Part shown: one piece after another, positions 57,505-64,000 of the stretch
Numbering within the stretch: position 1 is the stretch's first letter
Layout of the letters: the number at the start of each line of letters is the position of its first letter
From: an uncultured OCS116 cluster bacterium
Lineage (GTDB): Bacteria; Pseudomonadota; Alphaproteobacteria; Rhizobiales; TMED25
Direction: 5' to 3'
NCBI GenBank assembly: GCA_902538185.1
Contig: CACBED010000001.1
Location: 184,285 to 248,284 of the forward strand
DNA: 64,000 nucleotides
The notes under the pieces: generated by a model
Databases searched by the model: none
Seen by the model: only the letters and a program-made list of their open reading frames with translations
Told to the model about the DNA's origin: nothing
Translations under genes and position numbers: made by a program

Positions 57505-58374
57505 ATGTCCATCTTAGTAAATAATAATACAAAAGTTATTTGCCAGGGATTTACTGGTAAGCACGGAACATTCCACTCACAACAAGCAATTGAATATGGA
57601 ACGCAGTTAGTTGGTGGGGTAACTCCAGGTAAAGGTGGTGCTGAGCATTTAAATCTTCCAATTTTCGATAATGTTGCTGATGCCGTTACGAGTACAGGTG
57701 CGAATGCGTCTGTAATCTATGTTCCACCACAATTTGCTGCTGCGGCAATAATTGAAGCAATAGGTGCTGAGATTGGAATTATTGTCTGTATCACAGAAGG
57801 CATACCTGTTCTCGATATGCTGGAGGTGAGAGCACTTCTCAATAAGTCAAATTCTATTCTGGTGGGCCCTAATTGTCCTGGAATTATAACACCCGGAGAG
57901 TGTAAGATTGGGATCATGCCAGGGCATATACACCGTGCTGGTTCAATTGGTATTGTCTCTCGCTCTGGAACACTTACTTATGAGGCTGTTGCACAAACTA
58001 CAGCTGTGGGTTATGGACAGTCGACTTGTGTTGGTATAGGAGGTGACCCAATAAAAGGGATAGACTTTATCGAAGTTATTGACAGGTTCTATTCTGACCC
58101 GAAGACAGAGGCAATAATAATGATTGGAGAAATTGGTGGATCAGCGGAAGAGGAAGCAGCCGAATTTATAAGAAAAAACAAAAAAGGTAAACCCATTATT
58201 GGATTTATTGCAGGTCTTACAGCCCCTCCTGGAAGGCGTATGGGCCATGCTGGCGCCATTGTAGACGGTAATTCAGGCTCCGCAGAAACGAAAATAGATG
58301 CAATGAAAAGTGCGGGAATTGTTATGTCAAGTTCACCCGCAATGCTCGGATCAACCCTCAAAAATATCAAATAA
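57505..58374 (+). CDS. sucD: succinyl-CoA synthetase alpha subunit
   Basis: It has [14 protein letters not shown], the SRSGTLTYE context, and the phosphohistidine loop GHAGAI. Confidence 0.95.
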   Translation: MSILVNNNTKVICQGFTGKHGTFHSQQAIEYGTQLVGGVTPGKGGAEHLNLPIFDNVADAVTSTGANASVIYVPPQFAAAAIIEAIGAEIGIIVCITEGIPVLDMLEVRALLNKSNSILVGPNCPGIITPGECKIGIMPGHIHRAGSIGIVSRSGTLTYEAVAQTTAVGYGQSTCVGIGGDPIKGIDFIEVIDRFYSDPKTEAIIMIGEIGGSAEEEAAEFIRKNKKGKPIIGFIAGLTAPPGRRMGHAGAIVDGNSGSAETKIDAMKSAGIVMSSSPAMLGSTLKNIK

Positions 58375-59370
58375 TTATGAGTTATCAGAGACTAGTTTGA
58401 GATGGCGTGCCTTATTTCTAGGATGAGCTTTTTGGTGGACATCGAGTAATTCCTTCTGATTAACCTTTGTATACATCTGTGTTGTAGACAAACTTGCATG
58501 ACCAAGTAACTCTTGTATAGAACGAAGGTCGACTCCGGCTTGTAGTAAGTGTGTTGCATATGAATGCCTCAAAGAATGTGGCGTCGCATTTTCAGGTAAA
58601 TTAAGGCTAGCTCTCATTTTTTGCATAATTATTTGCACGATGCGGGGACTCAGTCTATCTCCTCTTACCCCGATAAATAAAGGGTCATCAAAATTATATT
58701 TCTTTGGATATAGTTCTATATATTTCTTTATATTTTCTTTTACATCAGACAACAATGGAACTTCTCGATATTTATTCCCTTTTCCTCTCACTCGGATAGT
58801 ATCCTGCCATTCTTCTACGGGTGCATCTTTTATATTCAACTCCAGAGCCTCGCTTATTCTTAGGCCACATCCATACAGTAGAAGAAAAATACATTTATTT
58901 CTAATTTGGACCCAATCTGGAGACTTTTCATTAATATCAGGATTTTGTGCGTCAATGATTAGATCTTTTGCCTGCTCATACGTAAGGGGTTTTGGAATAC
59001 TTTGTGGTAGCTTAGGCATTCTAATATTATTTATTGCATTATTTTTTATAATTTCTATTTTTTCAAAATATTCGAATAGAGATCTTATGCTTGACATCAG
59101 CCTTGCAATCGTTCTTGTGCTATTTCCATCCCTTTTTTTTCTTGCCATGAAAGCTCTGAAATCTGAGGCAATAAGAGTCTCAAGATTTCTCAACGACAAA
59201 GGTCCCCCTACGTGCTCAATTAAGAAATGTATGAATGAGTTAATATCTCTGTAGTAAGCGTCGACTGTATGTGATGACACTCTTTTCTCATTTTTTAAGT
59301 AGCTTATCCAAGTATTCAACGCCTGATTTAAGTCATCTTTAGCTAGCTCTATCTTGAAAATACTACTCAT
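58375..59370 (-). CDS. tyrosine site-specific recombinase, XerC/XerD family
   Basis: The catalytic residues sit in GLRISEALEL, HSLRHSYATHLL and LGHASLSTTQMYT. The Xer-like N-terminal SAM-like domain has YYRDINSFIHFL. Confidence 0.85.
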   Translation of the reverse strand: MSSIFKIELAKDDLNQALNTWISYLKNEKRVSSHTVDAYYRDINSFIHFLIEHVGGPLSLRNLETLIASDFRAFMARKKRDGNSTRTIARLMSSIRSLFEYFEKIEIIKNNAINNIRMPKLPQSIPKPLTYEQAKDLIIDAQNPDINEKSPDWVQIRNKCIFLLLYGCGLRISEALELNIKDAPVEEWQDTIRVRGKGNKYREVPLLSDVKENIKKYIELYPKKYNFDDPLFIGVRGDRLSPRIVQIIMQKMRASLNLPENATPHSLRHSYATHLLQAGVDLRSIQELLGHASLSTTQMYTKVNQKELLDVHQKAHPRNKARHLKLVSDNS

Positions 59371-59384
59371 GTGTTAGTTGCAAT

Positions 59385-60041
59385 CTATCTTATCTTTTGA
59401 CCCGTTGAAGCCCAATCATCTAAAAAGTTTGATAAGCCAATATCAGTGAGTGGATGCTTCACTAGTTCCTTTAATATTTTTGGAGGTATTGTTGCGACAT
59501 CGGCTCCAATCATCGCAACCTGTGTAACATGATTTATATTTCTAATGGATGCCGCCAAAATCATGGTATTGAGATCGTCATAGTTATCATAAATCGCTCT
59601 AATCTCTCCAATAAGATCGACTCCATTTATACCTGTATCATCAAGCCTACCAATAAATGGGGATACGTAAGTTGCGCCTGCCTTTGCTGCAAGTAATGCT
59701 TGGGGAGCGGAAAAACAAAGTGTAACATTGGTGGGGATTTTTAACTCAGTAAATTTATTACACGCTTCTAGACCCTCCCATGTTAGTGGGATCTTGACAA
59801 CAACATTTGGTGCTAAGCTATGAAGAATCTTTCCCTCTTCAATCATTCCGTTTATGTCAGTTGCGGTAACCTCAGCACTAACTGGGCCTGGCACTATTTC
59901 ACATATATTTTTTATTGTTTCTTTAATATCATTACCTGATTTTGCGATCAATGATGGATTTGTAGTAACTCCATCAACTAGATTCATTTCTGAAAGTTCA
60001 CTTATCTCTTTTATTTCAGCAGTATCGACAAAAAATTTCAT
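59385..60041 (-). CDS. tal: transaldolase (short, fructose-6-phosphate-aldolase-like type)
   Basis: It has the [13 protein letters not shown] start, the GVTTNPSL motif and the Schiff-base Lys context VVKIP. It is 218 aa long. Confidence 0.85.
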   Translation of the reverse strand: MKFFVDTAEIKEISELSEMNLVDGVTTNPSLIAKSGNDIKETIKNICEIVPGPVSAEVTATDINGMIEEGKILHSLAPNVVVKIPLTWEGLEACNKFTELKIPTNVTLCFSAPQALLAAKAGATYVSPFIGRLDDTGINGVDLIGEIRAIYDNYDDLNTMILAASIRNINHVTQVAMIGADVATIPPKILKELVKHPLTDIGLSNFLDDWASTGQKIR

Positions 60042-60178
60042 ATAATCTCCAACCAGGTTAAATATCAGAAATATCTATATAAACCAAATGACAAACTTAT
60101 CAAATTTACGTAGACTTACCAATAGTATTTTATAATTATTATAACTTAGTTAAATATTCATAAAAATATCCTTGTTAA

Positions 60179-62344
60179 ATGAAACATCCTCATCTCTTGT
60201 CAGTACTTTTACCAATAAATATAAATTATCCATTCACATATTCATGCACTGAGGCCTTAGAGATAGGCACCATCGTAAAAGTTTCATTCAGAAATCGCGA
60301 GCTATATGGGGTCGTGTGGTTTCAAGAGGAGCATGTTACAAATTTTGATAGAAAAAAAATTAAGCCGATAATTACAAAAAAAATAGGGGATGATTACATT
60401 TCCCTGCCTGCAGACTTGTTAAGTTTTTTAAACTGGGTTTCGACATATTATATGGTACCCCTCGGGCTTGCTCTAAAAGCGTCATTTAAAAAACAATTCT
60501 TTGAAAAGCAAGGAAAGAAAAAAATTTATTACACGTTTAATCCCTTACACACTTCAAAAATAACACAAAAACAAGAGACGGTGATTGAATTACTACGAGC
60601 GCATGACACACTAGAGAGAAATAGAATAATCTCAATCTCAGGTCTGTCAAATGACATAATAAGAAGAATGATTAGAAATGGTATATTGAAAGAGTCCGAG
60701 TCATTTGTTGAGGTAGAAGAAAAGATCTATCTCGAAACGAATATCGATTTCACTCCAGAGCAAAACTGTGCGATGGAGAAGATAAGCACTTCTCTCAAGC
60801 AACAGAAAGTTACATTAATTGATGGAATAACTGGATCTGGTAAAACGGAGCTATACCTCGAGGCAGCAACCAGAATATTAAGACAGGGACAGCAAGTTTT
60901 AATTATGTTGCCTGAAATAACTTTAACACAAGAGTTTTTAAAAATTTTTAGAAGTCGATTTAAAAATCAAGTCGGGGAATGGCACTCAGGATTATCAGAG
61001 GCTAGACGGAGACAGCTGTGGTTTGATATCTTAAATAAAAAAATTAGACTTGTTGTTGGCGCAAGATCAAGTCTTTTTTTACCATTTATCGATCTCGGGT
61101 TAATTGTCGTTGATGAAGAGCACGACTCATCTTACAAGCAAGAAGAGGGCATGATTTATAATGCACGCGATATGGCAATACTCAGAGCGAAGCAACTTAA
61201 AATAGCTTGCATATTATCTTCGGCTACACCTTCAGTTGAAACCTTTGAAAATATTGTATCAAATAAATATAGTAGAGCCGCGCTAAATAAAAGATTTTAT
61301 GGAACGAAATTACCAACTATAAGTTTTATCGATATGCGAAAGGCTGAAAAAGAAACGAACTCTTTTTTACCTGTCGAGTTGATTGAAGATTTAAAAAAAA
61401 CTAAAGAGAGAAATGAGCAGTCACTCATATTCCTGAATAGGCGTGGTTACTCACCCATGTCTATTTGTGGAAACTGTGGTGTGCGAGTAGACTGCCCTCA
61501 TTGCGATGCATGGCTTGTATTACACAAAAATACGTTGAAATATAAATGCCATTATTGCGGCCATACAGAGGAATCAGACATAAAGTGTAAAAACTGCCAC
61601 TCATCTGATAAAATCATCCAAACAGGGCTTGGAATCGAAAAAATAGATGAGGAGCTTAATAGATTATTACCTGATATGTCGAGAATAATATTTTCTAGTG
61701 ATTATCTACCAAGCTCTGGTTCTGTATCTGCGGCTTTGAGACAAATTAAAGAAAACAAAATTGATTTAATAATTGGGACGCAATTAATATCGAAGGGGCA
61801 TAATTTTCCAAGTTTAACATATGTAGGTATTTTAGAAGCCGATTTTGGTCTCGAAGTTACAGACATAAGGGCATCTGAACGTACCTTCCAAATATTAAAT
61901 CAGGTTTCAGGAAGGGCTGGCCGTGTAAAGCAAGAAAGCAAAGTGAAAATTATGACACACATGCCAGATCATCCATTATTACAATCATTAAAAAACAACC
62001 AAAAGCATGAATTTTATAATGCAGAATTGTCAATAAGAAATTCCTCACAAATGCCACCTTTTGCACGCTTGGTCGCTATCATTGTGAGCTCAAAAAATAG
62101 AAAACTTCTGAATGAATATAGCCAGAAACTAGCTCTCATTAATAATTTTCCAAAAGATGTAGAATTATTGGGACCGATAGAAGCACCAATATCAAGAATG
62201 AGACAATATTACAGACAAAGATTCTTAATCAGAGGACCCAAGAACTGCAATATACAATTATATATTAAAAGGTGGTTGGACTCACTCAAATTACCACCAC
62301 AAATAAGAATAACAATAGATGTAGACCCACAAAATTTCCTCTGA
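60179..62344 (+). CDS. priA: primosomal replication-restart helicase PriA (protein N')
   Basis: It has the Walker A GITGSGKTE, VVDEEHD, and the Cys-rich insertion CGNCGVRVDCPHCDAWLVLH...CHYCGH...CKNC. Confidence 0.9.
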   Translation: MKHPHLLSVLLPININYPFTYSCTEALEIGTIVKVSFRNRELYGVVWFQEEHVTNFDRKKIKPIITKKIGDDYISLPADLLSFLNWVSTYYMVPLGLALKASFKKQFFEKQGKKKIYYTFNPLHTSKITQKQETVIELLRAHDTLERNRIISISGLSNDIIRRMIRNGILKESESFVEVEEKIYLETNIDFTPEQNCAMEKISTSLKQQKVTLIDGITGSGKTELYLEAATRILRQGQQVLIMLPEITLTQEFLKIFRSRFKNQVGEWHSGLSEARRRQLWFDILNKKIRLVVGARSSLFLPFIDLGLIVVDEEHDSSYKQEEGMIYNARDMAILRAKQLKIACILSSATPSVETFENIVSNKYSRAALNKRFYGTKLPTISFIDMRKAEKETNSFLPVELIEDLKKTKERNEQSLIFLNRRGYSPMSICGNCGVRVDCPHCDAWLVLHKNTLKYKCHYCGHTEESDIKCKNCHSSDKIIQTGLGIEKIDEELNRLLPDMSRIIFSSDYLPSSGSVSAALRQIKENKIDLIIGTQLISKGHNFPSLTYVGILEADFGLEVTDIRASERTFQILNQVSGRAGRVKQESKVKIMTHMPDHPLLQSLKNNQKHEFYNAELSIRNSSQMPPFARLVAIIVSSKNRKLLNEYSQKLALINNFPKDVELLGPIEAPISRMRQYYRQRFLIRGPKNCNIQLYIKRWLDSLKLPPQIRITIDVDPQNFL

Positions 62345-62512
62345 GAATTTCTTAATCAACACTAAAGGAAAAATAAACAGTTCACTTGTTGAAATATAGA
62401 GAGATTTTATTGCACATAATGCCCACCTGTGATAATGAATATATGTTTTCTTATTATACTTAATTGTCTAGTCTGTGAACGCAAAAATATAAAAAGAGGT
62501 AATTGCTAACAA

Positions 62513-63070
62513 ATGTCAAATGAGACATCCATACCAGAAGTTGCCAAGAGATATGCAAAGGCTACATTTGATCTCGCTGAAGCTGAAAATTTATCAGAGG
62601 CGATACTAAAAGATCTAGCAGCACTAAAAAAAATAATTAATGATAACGAAGATTTGAGCAGATTAATATCAAGCCCTACCTTTACTTATACTGACCAAAT
62701 TAGCGTAATGAATGAAATCTTCAAGAAGCAAGATGTCTCCGTCTTGGTAAAAAATTTAGTGAACGTTCTTATCAGAAATCGTAGGATAAATTTATTGGTC
62801 TCAATTATCAACGCATATGATCATATAATGAAAAGTAACAGTGGTGAAATTATTGCGGAGGTGATTACGGCTGTTGAGTTAAAAGATGATCAAAAGCAAG
62901 AAATTATTAGTAATTTAAAAAAAATGACTGGTAAAGAAATTCAAATCCAATCAAAAATCGAACCAGAAATTATAGCTGGTATAAAAGTTAAAATTGGATC
63001 GCAGATGATTGATGCATCTGTATCAACGAAATTGAATAATTTAAAAATTCTTATGAAAGGTGCAAACTAA
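62513..63070 (+). CDS. atpH: F0F1 ATP synthase delta (OSCP) subunit
   Basis: It has [13 protein letters not shown] and the C-terminal [17 protein letters not shown]. Its stop overlaps the atpA ATG as TAATG. Confidence 0.85.
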   Translation: MSNETSIPEVAKRYAKATFDLAEAENLSEAILKDLAALKKIINDNEDLSRLISSPTFTYTDQISVMNEIFKKQDVSVLVKNLVNVLIRNRRINLLVSIINAYDHIMKSNSGEIIAEVITAVELKDDQKQEIISNLKKMTGKEIQIQSKIEPEIIAGIKVKIGSQMIDASVSTKLNNLKILMKGAN

Positions 63071-64000
63071 TGGATCTAAAAGCAGCAGAAATATCAGCAA
63101 TATTAAAAGAGCAAATAAAAAACTTTGATTCCAACGCTGAAGTATCAGAGGTTGGACAGGTATTATCTGTAGGTGATGGAATTGCAAGGGTCTATGGTCT
63201 GGATAATGTTCAAGCCGGTGAAATGGTTGAATTTACAAACGGTATTCAGGGCATGGCTTTGAACCTTGAAATAGACAATGTTGGTATAGTTATTTTTGGT
63301 GATGACAAAGATATCCATGAAGGAGATGTTGTAAAGAGAACGGGAGATATTGTTGAGGTCCCTGTTGGAAAAGAACTTCTTGGTAGGGTAGTGGATGCAC
63401 TTGGTAATCCAATTGATGGAAAAGGTCCTATTAAGGCCAAAGAAAATGGTCGTGTTGATATTAAGGCACCCGGCATTATGCCTCGTAAATCAGTGCATGA
63501 ACCAATGCAAACTGGCCTAAAAGCAATTGATGCTCTAATTCCAATTGGCAGGGGTCAGAGGGAATTGATCATTGGAGATAGGCAAACAGGAAAAACAGCA
63601 ATTGCTTTAGATACAATATTAAACCAGAAATCTGTAAACGCAACTGATGATGAAAGTGCAAAATTGTATTGCGTATATGTTGCAATTGGGCAAAAACGAT
63701 CTTCAGTAGCCCAGTTGGTAAAAATCCTAGAGGATAATGGGGCCCTTGAGTATTCCGTTGTTGTTGCAGCCACTGCTTCCGATCCTGCTCCACTGCAATA
63801 TCTGGCACCATTTTCAGGTTGTACAATTGGAGAGTATTTTAGAGACAATGGAATGCATTCACTAATCGTTTATGATGATTTATCTAAGCAGGCGGTCGCT
63901 TATCGTCAAATGTCACTGCTATTAAGGAGACCTCCAGGCAGGGAAGCTTATCCTGGTGATGTATTCTATTTGCATTCAAGGCTATTAGAGCGTGCTGCAA
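63070..64000 (+). CDS. atpA: F0F1 ATP synthase alpha subunit, 3' end cut by window edge
   Basis: My own translation from 63070 gives [20 protein letters not shown]...[17 protein letters not shown] (P-loop)...[27 protein letters not shown]. It is absent from the ORF track because there is no stop codon within the window. Confidence 0.95.
   Translation, partial: MDLKAAEISAILKEQIKNFDSNAEVSEVGQVLSVGDGIARVYGLDNVQAGEMVEFTNGIQGMALNLEIDNVGIVIFGDDKDIHEGDVVKRTGDIVEVPVGKELLGRVVDALGNPIDGKGPIKAKENGRVDIKAPGIMPRKSVHEPMQTGLKAIDALIPIGRGQRELIIGDRQTGKTAIALDTILNQKSVNATDDESAKLYCVYVAIGQKRSSVAQLVKILEDNGALEYSVVVAATASDPAPLQYLAPFSGCTIGEYFRDNGMHSLIVYDDLSKQAVAYRQMSLLLRRPPGREAYPGDVFYLHSRLLERAA

Noticed and set aside
57084-57512. 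142-aa ORF antisense to sucC, and similar antisense ORFs across leuC, sdhA, atpA (63246-63848), the ThDP enzyme (16378-17108) and others in the track
   Set aside because: All are nested in strongly supported conserved genes, and none has a plausible motif or ribosome-binding site.
58640-59254. 204-aa ORF antisense to the Xer recombinase gene
   Set aside because: It is a shadow ORF. The recombinase frame carries all the catalytic motifs, whereas the antisense product is F/S/L/I-rich with no recognisable features.
58375-59370. Tyrosine recombinase as the integrase of a mobile element
   Set aside because: Its length and motifs fit chromosomal XerC/XerD. It is flanked by sucD and transaldolase, with no att-like repeats, tRNA or cargo genes.

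Overview
The window is an A+T-rich, very gene-dense bacterial chromosome segment (roughly one-third G+C by eye, not computed). Many gene pairs have start/stop overlaps of 1-14 nt, and some convergent genes overlap. I found no rRNA, tRNA, CRISPR array, transposase or prophage genes. The core gene order (leuCDB-asd, sdhCDAB, mdh-sucCD, panCB-ispG, and an atpH-atpA operon without atpBEF) suggests a streamlined alphaproteobacterium; this is inference.

Layout:
(1) nt 1-29,500 is an accessory-looking block of catabolic enzymes and exporters. It holds an ACMSD-like amidohydrolase, an FAH-family enzyme, a bicupin, three MFS transporters, LysE and EamA transporters, an alpha/beta hydrolase, a ThDP enzyme, an Ldh_2 dehydrogenase, a GST, two inverted enolase-superfamily paralogs, and an amidase-cyclase-cupin-cupin operon.
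(2) nt 10,117-16,306, embedded in that block, is the most interesting locus. A Dam-like (D12 class) adenine methyltransferase is transcribed divergently from a translationally coupled operon. The operon encodes an HKD/PLD-nuclease::SF2-helicase fusion, a 66-aa micro-ORF, a Rad50/SbcC/DndD-like coiled-coil ABC ATPase with a central CxxC zinc-hook-like motif, and a 127-aa protein. A convergent 162-aa basic protein follows. This looks like a methylation-linked defence system that I cannot match, from gene content alone, to a canonical R-M, BREX, DISARM or Dnd system.
(3) nt 29,600-64,000 is housekeeping: rplS, M42 peptidase, leuCDB, asd, sdhCDAB, rpmF, ispA, panCB, ispG, zapE, mdh, sucCD, xerC/D-type recombinase, transaldolase, priA, atpH and atpA (3' truncated). 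It is interrupted by a ten-gene early-cobalt-insertion corrin (B12) cluster at 43,172-53,238. That cluster has a histidine-rich long-form CbiX, a CbiG::CbiH fusion, and a possible degenerate cobalamin-riboswitch-like leader.

All functional calls come from reading motifs in the supplied translations. No database search was possible.
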